From Eledone cirrhosa (Eukaryota), in NCBI GenBank assembly GCA_964016885.1, contig OZ024741.1:49476001-49540000 (forward strand): a stretch of 64,000 nt of DNA, given 5' to 3'. The notes below the pieces were generated by a model, which was given only the letters and a program-made list of their open reading frames with translations, searched no databases and was not told where the DNA came from. The translations under genes and the position numbers were made by a program. Positions 1 to 13,310 of the stretch are shown in pieces. The stretch's first letter is position 1, and the number at the start of each line of letters is the position of its first letter.

Positions 1-46
<46 letters not shown>

Positions 47-49
47 AAT

Positions 50-576
50 AGATATGTTTCTTTATTAGCCACAGGGGCACAAAAGAAGGGGACAAATACA
101 AAGGGGGAAGCTTACATACAATAAAAACGTGTAAAATATTATCACAAATGCAATTTAAAAATTAGTCGATTTTCCCCAATAGTGGGAGACAGTTCATATG
201 GGTAACACATACCCCTGAAAAAATGTGCAACCCTCATCTCCAGGAGTACGAAGAGTTTGTACTCCTTTCCTCTCCTCCTCCTTTTCCTCAACCGACAGGT
301 TGATATAGAGAGAAGGCCCATTCACTCGGGCCATTCTCGCCACTTTCACCCACCTTTCATAAAACTTGCTGGGGTACAGCACCTCTCTCTCCATCCTGAT
401 TCTTCTTCCAAAGTGGTATTTGAAAAAAAGAATCAGTTGTTGGCCGGAGAGAAAGGTGTCTGACCTCAGCCCTTTCATCCTTGTCCACCATACAACCTCT
501 TTCGCCATAGCTATCACACAAAGGAAAACCGCCTCTCCTTCGTTTTTGAAGGAGGGTGGCGGTTTGATCATGACAA
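50..576 (-). mobile_element. L1/Tx1-clade non-LTR retrotransposon, 3' fragment (copy A)
   Basis: ORF 194..571 is homologous to the C-terminus of ORF 848..1642 (IKPPP.FK.EGEAVFLCVIAM.KEVVWWTR). It is followed by a 3' UTR with AATAAA on the minus strand near 62-67. Confidence 0.75.
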
Positions 577-1537
577 TAAATAGATGTTTCTTTTATTTGC
601 CACCAGGGCATCAAAAGTGGGACAAGTACAATGGGGGGAGTTTACACAAAAAGGCGTCCTCAATAAGGAGGAGGCAATAACAAAATATAAAAATAAAATA
701 AAATATAACAAAAAATAAAATTTATAACAAAATCCTCAATAGAGAGGAGGCGCCTTGGGGGGTCGCACACACCCCCGAAAAAGTGTGCAACCCTTCTCCT
801 CAGGAGCACAGAGAGGGGGTGCTCCCTCGTTCCTTCCTCTTTTCCACCTACAGGCTTATGTAAAGAGAAGGCCCATTCACACGGGCCATTCTCGCCACTT
901 TTACCCATCTTTCATAAAAACGACTGGGGTGGAGCACTTCTCTCTCCATCCTGATCCTTCTTCCGAAATGATATCGGAAGAAACGGACCAGTTGTTGGCC
1001 AGAGAGAAAGGTGCCTGACCTCAGTCCTTTCAGACGCGTCCACCATACAACTTCTTTCACCATGGCTATTACGCACAGAAACACCGCCTCTCCTTCATCT
1101 TTGAAGGGGGGAGGCGGCTTGATCATTACAATAGACTCGGTGGTCAACCGGATCGGTCCCACCCTTGACAGCAGTTGTTCGACATAGCCCCACAGATCGG
1201 CTACGCCCGAGCAGTGTACCAATGCGTGTGCAACGGTTTCCTTGTCGCACACGCATCTGGGACAGATCTTTTTGGCGGGGTCCCTACCCGGGCGCCCGTG
1301 TCTGTAGAGCTTTTCTCGAACGGGTAGAGCCCCTCGGTAGCACTGCCAGGCCAGGGACTTCTGGAAGTTGTCCATAGGTCCCTGGCTGAATGTCCTACCG
1401 AACAGGCTGGCCAGTTCGTCCTCCTCCATGTCTAGGGCTTCTCCCAGGGCGGCGTCGCACCTGCTGCGTACCAGCCCTCTATAGAATGTTGCGGTGGAGT
1501 CTCCACTGATAACCGGATCCGCCTGCCAGAGGGCGGT
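577..1537 (-). mobile_element. L1/Tx1-clade non-LTR retrotransposon, 3' fragment (copy B) with zf-RVT CCHC knuckle
   Basis: Translation contains AWQCYRGALPVREKL and CPRCVCDKETVAHALVHC, the C-terminal zinc knuckle of L1/Tx1 ORF2. GC-rich; 5'-truncated at a (TAGA)n tract at ~1537. Confidence 0.8.
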
Positions 1538-2129
1538 AGATAGATAGATAGATAGTCCCGTACACATATGCCTGTATGTGCTTGTATGAAAGCTATACAT
1601 GTATTGATTTACAAACACATGTATATCGACAAATGTATACATGTAATAAAACCATGTACATAAATACGTGAGAATGAAGAATGAAATAACAAAACATACA
1701 AAAAGGTGAAAGGGTAAATATATTTATGAGTGACGAAAATAGAAGTGTAAAATAGAGAGGTGGTGGTGGTGGTGAGGCGGAGGGTGGCAGAATAATCTTG
1801 TGTGAGTTAAGGACAGAAAGGATAATGTAGAAATAGATATTTTTAGATAAGCAAAACAGAACACGAATGCTGAGAGAAAAATAAGTGAAAATCATAAATA
1901 AATCGATAGACTTAAGTAAATTTTGAGAAAAATTAGAGAGAGAGAGAAGGAAAGAGGAGGAAATGATGTGAGAGAACAGACAGACAACGAGAAATGAAGA
2001 TTGATAAAATAATAATGAAGATTGATAAAATAATAAACTAAACGTCAGTTAGATACAGATGAAAGGAGGGAAAAGATGAAACGGAATCTAAAACTGAGGG
2101 AGAAAGGCAAAGTGTGATAGAAGGAAAGA

Positions 2130-2133
<4 letters not shown>

Positions 2134-2167
<34 letters not shown>

Positions 2168-2204
2168 CGAGAGGGAAAGAGAGACAAAGAAAAAAGAGAG
2201 AAAG

Positions 2205-2300
<96 letters not shown>

Positions 2301-2700
2301 ATGAAAGTGGAATGGGCCAAAAGAAGAAAAGAAAGTATCTTCATTACGAGAAAACAAAGAGGAGCGGGAGGAGGAGAAGAAGAATCATAAAAAAGAAATA
2401 GAAGAGGCAGAGTATATTTACAAGACTGACAGGAGTTGGTACCAAAAAAAGGAAGGGAAATATAAGATAGAGAGAATGAGGAGATATAGAGAGAGATAGA
2501 AATAAAATGAGAAAGAGAGAGATAGAAATAAAGTGAGTGCGTTCGAGAGAGACAGAGAGAGAGAGAAATAGATAGAGGTAAATAAAAATATAGTGAGAGC
2601 GAAAGATAAAAATATAGTAAGAGAGAGAGAGAAACAGATAGAAATAAAGTGAGAGAGAGAAACAGATAGAAATAAAGTGAGAGTGAGAGAGAGAAAGGGG
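2134..2700. repeat. (GA)n microsatellite and purine-rich low-complexity tract
   Basis: Direct inspection. Confidence 0.95.
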
Positions 2701-2914
2701 GGATGCTTATATGAAATGGAATGGTAAAAGCGAGAGTAAGAGTAAGAGGGTAAAGCAAGTCAGTTTTGGATTCGGAGATGAAAAAATTGGGCTTTTTCTC
2801 TCTTGAAAGAAGAATTGTTTATTGTGTTTCTCTCTTTCGGCTGGCAGACTAGTCATGGTCGGCCGAAGATATTCATAATTGTAAGTTTACTACTTTCCTC
2901 TACAAAGTGGAGAC

Positions 2915-2972
2915 ATGAAAAGTTACCAGTGGAGCGTTTTTCTGGTTATAATAACATTGGACTGCATCCCAG
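2915..2972 (+). CDS. Candidate first coding exon encoding a signal peptide (MKSYQWSVFLVIITLDCIP, phase-1 donor)
   Basis: ATG at 2915, basic N-terminus plus hydrophobic core, donor CAG|GTAAAG at 2972/2973, in unique non-repetitive sequence. Confidence 0.45.
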
Positions 2973-3164
2973 GTAAAGTGACTTCTTCTTTCTCATCACA
3001 TTCTACATCGTTGTTGTCTTTGTCAATGTTGAGAGATGTTGGAGGCGACGGTACTTTCTCCTTGTTGATTTCTAGCATTGCGTAAATTTTTTTATTAGAT
3101 TACAAGACAAATATAGCACCGTTAACTATACCTTCTAATATTTAAAAACAGTTCTGTGCCTGTC

Positions 3165-3195
<31 letters not shown>

Positions 3196-3998
3196 GAAAA
3201 AATGGGGAGAAGAATACTGCATGGTTGCACATGATATATATACACTTTATTACACAATGAAATCCAATTTATCTACAAATTTAAAAGGGTTTATATATTT
3301 ACCACTATTTATATATATATACATATATATAGAATTAATAATATATATATATATATATATATATATTATTAATTCAAATGAAAAACCAAAGATGATACTA
3401 CACTTTAAATCATTTTTTATTATTAACTTTTTTCACTTGAATTAAAATTATTATGCTCTGTATGTTTTCCATAAGCAATTAATACATTGAGCTTTTTTGC
3501 ATTTGGTAAAGAACGAGTGATATACCCCCTTCTATTAATCTCATATATATATATATAATCCATAACATTTGGATGAAACGTGTGTTAATTTATTAAAATG
3601 TAATATAATTAACCGTTTTGGTCTTGTGCATTATTGTAATATATATATACGTATAATTCAAAAGTACAAGATATATATCATATATATATAAAGTTATTTC
3701 CCAACTCAACCATACACACACACAAGTTTTACGGAGAACTGATGAATTCGCAATCCACAATCTCAGCTGTCCTTTCTTCCTAACTATCAGAAACTTATAA
3801 AAGCAAGCAACATGTGGTAACTTACACATCTAACTTATTGACCCCACTTTCATTTACTACTACTACTGGTCCTGCTTCTGTTAAGACTGTTCTGTCAAAA
3901 CTGTTGACACCTACTACATGTCTGCTAAATTCCTAATATATAAATTGCTACAGGACTAGAACTGTTTAGCTGTGGTTACCCCTCAACACAACTCGGGA

Positions 3999-4078
<80 letters not shown>

Positions 4079-4236
4079 CCAAACGGAACTTGAACCGTTA
4101 AGGTCTGATTCCTGGGTATGTCACTATAAAACAAACTTTGTATTTTATCTGATGAGAACGTACCAAAGTTTTGGTACCCTTGAAATATATATAATAGAAT
4201 AAATATGGTTTTATAGTTTCCATTTATTAATATCAT

Positions 4237-4299
<63 letters not shown>

Positions 4300-5436
4300 T
4301 CTTATTCATCTTCACCCGTCGCTATCATCACCATTATTATTATACAAACAAATAACACATACTACTTACACGATTCTTCTAATTATTGTTCGTAAAAGTT
4401 AAAACCATTGCTACTTTCTGTGGGAGCTTCTATTGAAATCAATATCATTATTAAACTTTTATCATTATCGTTACAACACTGTTATTATATAAAATCAAAT
4501 CACTGTAATAGGGTACTTCGATTATATTCATTTAGAAAACGGATAAACTCTGTACAAAGTTTTTCAAAGCCTGTTTAATATGCAAGAAATCAATATTGAC
4601 TATCAGGTACTAGTGATGCTATTCCGAAAGAGAACTTAAATGTTGATGTATTTTAATAGTTTGGGTTTACATTTAGTTAATATCTTATAAGCTATACATA
4701 AACACACACACGAAACAAGTTATGTTCAATAGTTCGCCGAATATTAGAAAAAAAAGTTTTCCAACTAAATTGTTGTTTGCCGGGCAAGTGGTTGGTAGCA
4801 GTTTATATATAATTACATGGTGAAAAGATACCACACTAATATCAGTAATTTGAGAGACATTTATCGTTTCTGATTAACAACGAAGACTAGTTTGTTTTTT
4901 TTTTTGCACATTGGCTGTTTAGTAAGTTTGTGCAATTTTAATATATTCATCTTCCAGAGAAAAGTACTTATTATTAGTTGATTAGCCTGCAAGTTGCGAT
5001 GTAAAACATCTTACATGAAATTAGCCAAAAAACGAATACGTCGGAAGAAGCTAAGTTACATTACTGAGTCTTTTGTAAACTTATATTGATAATCAAATAA
5101 GGAGGATGCAAGAGGTTTTACGAAAGTTTATATAATTTTAGATTTTCTTTTATCGAATCTTTATTATAAAAGAAAACAATTTATCTCATTTTTCTTGTTT
5201 GTTTATAACTGTTACTATGCTACTCTTTCCTATACTGCTTCTGGGACCATTAAAAAAAATCTCTTGTTCAGACTTTTTAGCTTCCGTTCAGTCATTTGTA
5301 ATGAGTTCCGTTCCGAAAGAAGAAACGGCCGAGTGCTACTCACTGCCGTCTCTTGGAATGTATTTAACGAATTCTTCGTATTTCTTTTCTTCTTTTAAAA
5401 GACAAAAATATGCTTACTATATATGTATATAATATC

Positions 5437-5467
<31 letters not shown>

Positions 5468-5769
5468 ATCTATATATATATATATATATAGAATAAAATT
5501 GAAACATGGAAACACTAAAAAGAAAATCTAAGAAAAAAAAAAGACCCCCAACCAATGCCTGTTTCATAAAAGTAATCAACATGTTTTCGTATAAATTTAT
5601 ATATAAACTTCTTTGAAGTAGTAAAATATAAAAGAATAACAAGATTTCTGTAAATAATTAGAAAATGAAGAAAAAATTGCATGTGCTGAGATTTAAAAAC
5701 ATTTCAAAAATAATCGATTAGATTTTAACTCCGTATTTACTATTTATGTAATATATTTTTATATATAAT

Positions 5770-6060
5770 ATGTGTGTGTGTATGTAGATATATATATATA
5801 CATATATACACGCACACACACACAGATATGTACATACACACATACAGATATATGTACATACACACATACAGATATATGTACATACACATGTATATATATA
5901 CGCACACACATACATACATACACATATATATATATACACATATGCAGATACATATATATACATACACGCAGATACATATATATATACATACACACACATA
6001 TATATATACACACACACACACAGATATATATATATACACACACAGATATATTTACATACA
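5770..6060. repeat. Compound (TA)/(CA)/TACA microsatellite
   Basis: Direct inspection. Confidence 0.9.
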
Positions 6061-6189
6061 CTCTAGGAGATCCCGTTAAGGGTGAAAGCAGCGATTCTCT
6101 GCTTAAACTTTAATGTTATTTTAATAAATATATATATATACACACACATATAAATATATATATACACACACACACACACACATACATAT

Positions 6190-6306
6190 CTCATCATCAT
6201 CATCACCGTTTTACGTCCGTTCTTCCACGCTAGCATGGGTTAGACGGGTTGTCCTGTTGTGGGCAGTGTCTGGTCGGCTGACCATGCCTTGCTCATACAG
6301 GAACTG
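6190..6306 (-). mobile_element. RTE LINE 3' tail fragment
   Basis: Near-identical to the tail at 47600-47720, with a (CAT)n end. Confidence 0.8.
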
Positions 6307-6959
6307 TATATATATATATATATACACACACATAGATTTATATACACACACATAGATTTACATACACATACACATAGATAGATACACATAGATAGATATA
6401 CATACACACTCATATATATATATGTCTGTGTGTATATATATAATATAAAAACTGAACTATAATAGACAAGAGAATTGCTACAAATACGCTAAACTAAATT
6501 AACATGTGCTTTCGTCTTTGCTGTTTATGTAACAGCTATAAAAAATACTAACATAGAATTGAAGCGCCAAGGAAGAATATCTTTTGCATTGCTTTCGATA
6601 TTAATTTTAACCAAAGGAACTTAGTAGGCATACAAGAGAATTAGAGAATTACAAACATGTAGCAAATAATTTTTGAAATGCATTCTTGTCGAATAATTCG
6701 AAGAGAAATTGTGTGTGTGTGTGTACACACACCAAACACACTCTTTACAGTAATTATTTATTTATATATATATATACATATATATATATATAACTTCTAC
6801 ATCACTACGGGAGGTGACCAGTTTAAAAAGGTACTCAATACATTAATAGTGTGTAGGCATCTTTATCTTATATAGAATACAACAGTTCTAGTTCTGTAGA
6901 AGTTTATATATATATATATAAAATAAACTTCTCCAGGGCTAGAAATGTTGCATTATATA

Positions 6960-7060
6960 TTCTGAGTTCTAATCCCGCCGAGGTTAACTTTGCCTTTCAT
7001 CCTTACGGGGTCGATAAAATAAAACTGGGTAATTGCTGGCTTTGTGCCAAAAGTAGAAAC

Positions 7061-7065
<5 letters not shown>
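6960..7065 (+). mobile_element. SINE fragment, family 2
   Basis: Shares ctgagttc.aatccc.ccgaggttaactttgcctttcatcc with 54192-54362. Confidence 0.7.
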
Positions 7066-7122
<57 letters not shown>

Positions 7123-7524
7123 CACACAAACAGATATATGCACATATGCATTTCATTTTCCATCACTTTGTCAAAAGGGTGAGGCTGTGTGTGTTTACAC
7201 ACAAATATTTATCTGGCAGTAGCTGTCACGCTTTTCTAGTAAGAAGAGGCGGGATTTGATCTCAGTCAAAACCCATTCCGATTCTTTAACAGTTCAGCCA
7301 GTTCCCTCGCACCTGGTCTGGTTCTTTGTTTATTGACACCGGAAAGATAGAAGGCAAAGATTGGTGCAGAGGATTGAAACAAATACGAAGTCATTATTTA
7401 GAAACAATTATTTAATTTGACGCTCTGATGACTGCCAATTTATTCCAGGGGGTGGGGGTATGAGGAGGGAAGATGAATGAAAGTTTGGGAAATTTGAAAA
7501 TATAGTCGCCACATTGCAGATAAC

Positions 7525-7812
7525 TATTTTTGTGGGAGAGGAAAGTCGATTAAATCGACCCCAGTGCGTTAGTAGTACTTAATTGTATCGATCTCGTAAG
7601 GATGAAAAGCGAAGCTAACCCCGGCGGGTTTTGAACTCAGAACGTAATAATGGTTTTTGATTTAGGCACAAGGCCAACAATTTTTGGGGGAGGAGAGGAA
7701 AGTCGATCAAATCGATCCCAGTGCGTTACTGGTACTTTATTTTAACGACTCCGTAAGGATGAAAGGCAAAGCTAATCTCAGAGGGATTAGAACCCAGAAT
7801 TTAAAGGGCAGT
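7525..7812 (-). mobile_element. Two tandem SINE family 2 fragments
   Basis: The reverse complement of the same gcctttcatcc...agtaccag core occurs twice (~7525-7650 and ~7655-7812). Confidence 0.7.
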
Positions 7813-8061
7813 AATGCAGATAACTATAATAATACTTAAGAGCCATGATAAATAACAGTTGAATGAATCATACCCCCTTTCCATTTCCAGTGGTACTTTA
7901 TCTTATTTATTCAATTATTATTATAGTTATCTGGATCGTGGCAACTACATTTTCGAGTTTCAAAAGACGAATGAATTATAGTTAATAGATTCTTGTCATC
8001 GTTATAGTTAGATTCTTGTCATCGTTATAGTTAGATTCTTGTCAGCGTTATAGTTAAAAGG

Positions 8062-8203
8062 TTCTTGTCATCGTTGGCGGCTTGCTTTTACCGAGGTGTC
8101 AAGTGATGCCCATGAGGGTGTCTGGTTGTTTCAGCGCCTTAGTCTCGCCATCACTAACGGTAATGCTGCGAGCGTATTGGCTTGCCTCCAAAATTTCTCT
8201 TGA
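8062..8203 (+). mobile_element. CRE-clade non-LTR retrotransposon, extreme 3' ORF fragment
   Basis: Translates to WLFQRLSLAITNGNAASVLACLQNFS*, matching the FQRLS.AIQRGNAAS terminal motif of CRE-type restriction-like endonuclease elements. Confidence 0.75.
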
Positions 8204-8647
8204 TCCTTGTGGTTTGTGATCGATTGCCTCACTTGGTGGTGAATTGCTGGTCGTTTTTGTCCCCCTCTCTTTTTTTTTTCTCTCGCTTTGATCGTATATA
8301 TTGGTGCAGTGTATTTGTAAGGTTCATAGCAATAGTTAATTGTATTTATTATACGTGTTTGTATTTTAATTTTGAAAGAATTGTGTGCCTTTCCCTCCCA
8401 CAAAAGACACTTTCATTTTTTACAATAAGACCATATACAGTAAAATTAGAAACTAAAGTCAGTTAATTTTTCAATTAAAGGTTTATATTTGTAATGTAAT
8501 TTATGCAACTGTGAATAAAAATGACGTTAATAGATGTTGGGGGAAAAATCTTTGAAAATAAAAGGTAATTGCAGTTCAATGTGTTTTACGTAACTTTCAC
8601 TTCGAAGGCTTAAATGAATTTTTGTGTGTGATATTGTTTTCAGCCCA

Positions 8648-8853
8648 TAACCTTTTAACATTTATATTACTCTATATATACTATTGTATTTTTGTGGTAA
8701 TTATCTCACATAATATTGAATCTACAAGATTTTGATATTTATTTTGAGAACAATACCTTGACATTAGTATGAGTGGCTGGTTACAGCTGGTTTAAACAGA
8801 AAGAGGTGAGAGAATTCTGACCGGATATGGTTGGTTTAAATGCTAAATGGTTA
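8648..8853 (-). mobile_element. piggyBac-type MITE (degenerate)
   Basis: Inverted homolog of 42218-42430; ends resemble TTAACCCTTT / AAAGGGTTAA. Confidence 0.6.
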
Positions 8854-9284
8854 ATTCAACCAATCTTACTATATGGAAGTAAAACATAGACGCTTTCATC
8901 CAAAAAACATAGACGCTTTCATCCAAAAAACAAAAGTGCCTTGATGGCACCTACACTCGTCTACTTTGATGCATTCAGAACATAAGCTGGCGACATCTGA
9001 CTTTGAGAGCGATATATGCCGGCCTCCCGCGCATATCTCTTGTATGTAAAAGGAGAGTAAGATTTGCTGGCCACAGCCATTATGCCACCTCTGAGGCTGT
9101 GTCCCCATTAGTGCTTTAGGACTTCCACCAATAGTGAAAATAATTCATTCTTGGTGTATATAGACTTTTTATCAGTTACAGGCATTGGCCAATGATCATG
9201 CTAAGTTAACCTCTACAGGTATTTAGTTGATTATGTCTTTTTAGGTTGATAAAGTATCTCTGTCCAGAGTGGTGGAATTGTTAG

Positions 9285-9610
9285 TGTTGTAACTCAGAGA
9301 TCAGAGTCACTCTAGGTAGAGCCACTATTTCACCGAATTGAGAGATCACAGCTCTGATACTGTGGACATTTGGTCAGAATGTCTCAGGAAAGAATCATTG
9401 GGCAGTTTTTATGGGCAAAACCAACCAGCAGGAGAACCAGTAGTAGATCCCAAGCAAGATGGTTGGATCACATCCATGAGCTCAGCTGGTCTCGCTTTGG
9501 GATCCAGCTGGATCAATTGCAGAAAATTGCTTATGACAAGACATACTGGAAGGCGTTGTTAAGGACTCTTCCCCATGACCCTCCCAGGAATATGTTAGCA
9601 AAGAAAAGGT
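9285..9610 (+). mobile_element. RTE-like LINE family B, 3' fragment
   Basis: QLRYCGHLVRMSQERIIGQFLWAKPTSRRTSSRSQARWLD matches the LRW.GHV.RM...GRPR..W C-terminus of RTE RTs. Confidence 0.75.
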
Positions 9611-11924
9611 GCTGGACATGATGCTGTGTGTGTGTACATTGTCACAGTATTTGGTCTGGCTCTCTCTGCAGTCTGAGTTCAAATGCTTCTGGGGTCAACT
9701 TTGCCTTTCATCCTTTTGGGGATGATAAAGTACCAGCCTAGGAGTGGTGGATTGTTATAATTGTTAGGATTATTGCAGTATCTGATTTGGTTCTTTGTGT
9801 TATGAGTTCAAACCCTGCCTCTTTCTGCTCGGAGTTGTAACCAACAGTATCAGTAAGGTAGTTTCCTTGGTCTGAGTTGATAATCGTCAGCTTTTTTTTT
9901 TTTTACTTTATAAAAGAAGTGCAGAGCAATCTCAGTGGATGGGATTCCTGGATGAGGTAGATCTAGAAAGACTTGGGATGAAATAGTGAAGATTGACCGT
10001 AAGAAGCTGAACGTCATGACAGATGACAAAGAGCTGCAGAAGGTTTGTCCACCAGCATAAAGAACATGACCTGACCTGATTCATACATGCTCTTCTCCAC
10101 TATTTCTACTTAGTAGTTATACTTACCATCACTGTAGGCTGCAACCACTCTGAAATGCTAACATCCCAACTCTGTCCAGGTTAAACTGCTCTAAAATCCT
10201 TACACCACCCATGTAAATCCTAGCACATGATTCATAACTGCCTAGTAGCTGTCCTCATCAACACAGTACTCACCACCCATGACATACTTTCTCATCTCTT
10301 CTATCTGTTCTACACACATGACAACATACTTATCGTCCTTGTTACCTTCCCCTTGTCCTGCTCTTCTGACGAGTCAATGACCGACAACCTCTCTATACTT
10401 CAGCCACTACCACATTAGTCCCTGTAAAGTGCTTTATGACTGGAAGGGCATGCAGCTGTGGAAACCATACCAAAAGAGGGCTGAGAGTACTCTTTGTAGA
10501 GTGCCCGACAGCCTCTCTAGTGCTGGTGCCTTGACATCCAGTACATTCTGCAGAGTGTGGGAGCATATGTAAGATATGACCCATCTGAGAAGTCAGTAGC
10601 ACTGATTAAATACTGACTTGGCCCTGTCCAACCCTTGCTATCAGAAAAGGTGGACATTAAATGATGTTTTGTGTGAAGGTGGATGGCTTAGTGGTTAAGT
10701 TGTTTAATTCATGACTGTAAGATTGTGAGTTTGCTCCAGTCCACTCTGCTGGCTAAAATGAGTAGTGCCTATAATTCGAAGAGCCAGCCTTATTACACTC
10801 TGTATTATGCTGAAAACTCTCTAAGAACTACATTAAGGCTATATATGTCTGAGGAATGAGCAGGCTGTTCTGTTGATCAAATCAACTGAAACACTTGTAA
10901 GAACTAGTGGAGGGACACGTGTGCATATGTTTATGTATGTAAGTATGTATGTATGTGTGTGTAAATGGACGTGTGTGTATGGTATCATGGTGCTTGCTAG
11001 CATGTACTCGAGAGGAGCTATCATGGTGCTGGCTAGCATCTCCATTAAGATCACAGGCAAAGATACAGGAGTTAATCATTTGTTATTGGGGTGGTCTGAA
11101 TGAGGGCCTCATAGAAATGGTTTATTTGCTCATCAGATAGTTCTGGTTGTGCTACATAAGCAAAGATAAGTTACCATAATTGGCGTTTTGGTGTCATGAT
11201 GAAAAACACCCAGTCCACACTGTAAAGTGATTGTGTAGGTGTCAGGATAAAAACACCCAGTAGGGACTGTAAATGTGAGTGGTGTTAGGAGGAGCAGTAA
11301 ATGTGATTGGTGTTAGAAACCCAGCCAAAATCAGTTATTATGAGCAAGACATGATCATCTGATCTGGCTTGTCTCATAATGGGACAGCTCGTCTAAGCCA
11401 TGCTAGTGGAGGGGAAAATGAATGATGATGACTACTCTAAGCTTGATTATTTGTCACTTTCTCTAACCTCCTCAATTGCATTATCTCTGTTTCTCTGCTA
11501 ACAATATATCTAGTCAGTCTATCAACGGTTCTACCATTCATTATGCCAAAGCGATGGTGACCACCCTAAATATTCTGACTTGATAGAAAGTGTGTGATCA
11601 CTGGATGATGGTTGAGGACTTCTCATACAGGGCGAGGTGGTTCTACCTAGCCACTCCACTACTATGTGTAGCACCAACTAGTGTTAGTCCTGTATATGCA
11701 GTTAGGTCAGCTGGTTCTACCTAGCCACCCCACTACTATGTAGCACTAACATGACTAGTGTTAGTCTTGTATATGCAGTTAGGCTTATTCATTGTAGTTT
11801 TGTCTTTCATAATTTTGAATGGTTTTACAAGCTGGATGACATTCTTATCGTCAATAACTTCAGTGTGGACTGGGCGTGTTTATTGTGCCATCTTCATCAG
11901 GAAGATTGTCTATCAAACTTGAAG

Positions 11925-12205
11925 TGTCCATGTTACACTGTTGTGACATAGGGGAGGTTGATTGTCAAACCTATCCATGTTAGACTGTGTTGTGACATCA
12001 TCAGTAAAGTAGTCTGTCAAATATGTCCATGTTACACTGTGTTGTGACATCATCAGTAAAGTAGTCTGTCAAACTTGTCCATGTTACACTGTGTTGTGAC
12101 ATCATCAGTAAAGTAGTCTGTCAAATATGTCCATGTTACACTGTGTTGTGACATCATCAGTAAAGTAGTCTGTCAAATCTGTCCATGTTACACTGTTGTA
12201 ACATC
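11925..12205. repeat. 52-bp minisatellite, ~5 copies
   Basis: Unit ccatgttacactgtgttgtgacatcatcagtaaagtagtctgtcaaatatgt starts at 12027, 12079, 12131 and 12183. Confidence 0.9.
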
Positions 12206-13310
12206 GTTTTTATGTTTGTTCTTCCATGTTTGCATGAGTTGGACAGGTCCTTCGCAGCACAGAATCTATCCACTCACTGCATTTCTTCACCTCCTCTGTG
12301 AGTCTCAGCAATTTGAGGTCAGCTCTCACCACCTCTGCCCAGGTTTTTCTTGGCCTTCCTCTACTACGACTTCCATCCACTGGAATTTCCTGGCACTTCT
12401 TCACCCATTGATCATCATCCATGTGCATCACATCTGTATCAACGTAGTCATCTCTTCTGCACACCACCTTAGATTCCTCTTGAACCCAGTTTCTCCCTCA
12501 GTCTCATCCTAGCTCTGCTTTTCTCTCGCATTTTACATTGCACATTCAACGAAGCATGATAGCTTCATTTCTCTCCAGTCTATGCATGTCATCTGCAGTC
12601 ACAACCCATGTTTCACTACCGTTCAGCATCTTACTTCACACACAGGTATTATACAGTCATCCTTTTGTATGTAAAGAGAAACCTTTTGTTGTCAACAGTG
12701 GAAGTAGCTGCCTAAACTTCCATCCTATCCTTATTCTAGCTATTATGCTCTCAGAGCACCCTCCTCCGCTTAGCAAAAGGTATCGGCCACTTCTATGGAC
12801 CTTCCCTGTGATTTGAAGAGATTTATATCACTGATGCTCTTACCCTTGATTACCCCTGTGCATCTTCTACATACAAAGTCTTCCTTTCCTGTTAGTCTAC
12901 CTGTTATCCCACTACATCTCTTGTGTACCCAAGATTTACATTGTGTACACTGTATGGAGATTATGCCTACCCTTTTTCTACATAATGAGCAGGGCCACTT
13001 CCTTGACGGGATCAGGGTCTTTCATCTTTCCTTCTCACTAGCACTTTAGTTTTGGCCAAGTTTACTCTCAGACCCTTTGATTCCAAATTCTGTTTCCATA
13101 GACAGAACTTATTTTCTAGTTTTTTTTATAGATTTGGCTATAAAGACCAAATCATTTGCTTAGAAAAGTTCCCATGGACAACCAGTTTTAAATTCCTCTG
13201 TTATGGTCTGGATGACTATAATGAACAGCAGTGGGCCAAAAAGCAAACCTTGAATTCCACACTAAACTCACTTCCAACTCTCACTTTACTGATAGCTCCT
13301 CTGTACAAAT
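12205..13310 (-). mobile_element. Degenerate RTE LINE (family A-related), RT C-terminal half
   Basis: Fragments SKVRVGSEFSVEFKV, GKWPC and GSRSRGRPRKTW are homologous to the 33-35 kb copy; many frameshifts. Confidence 0.8.

Noticed and set aside
2045-2758. Hydrophobic SLSL and ERER ORFs
   Set aside because: (GA)n low-complexity sequence.
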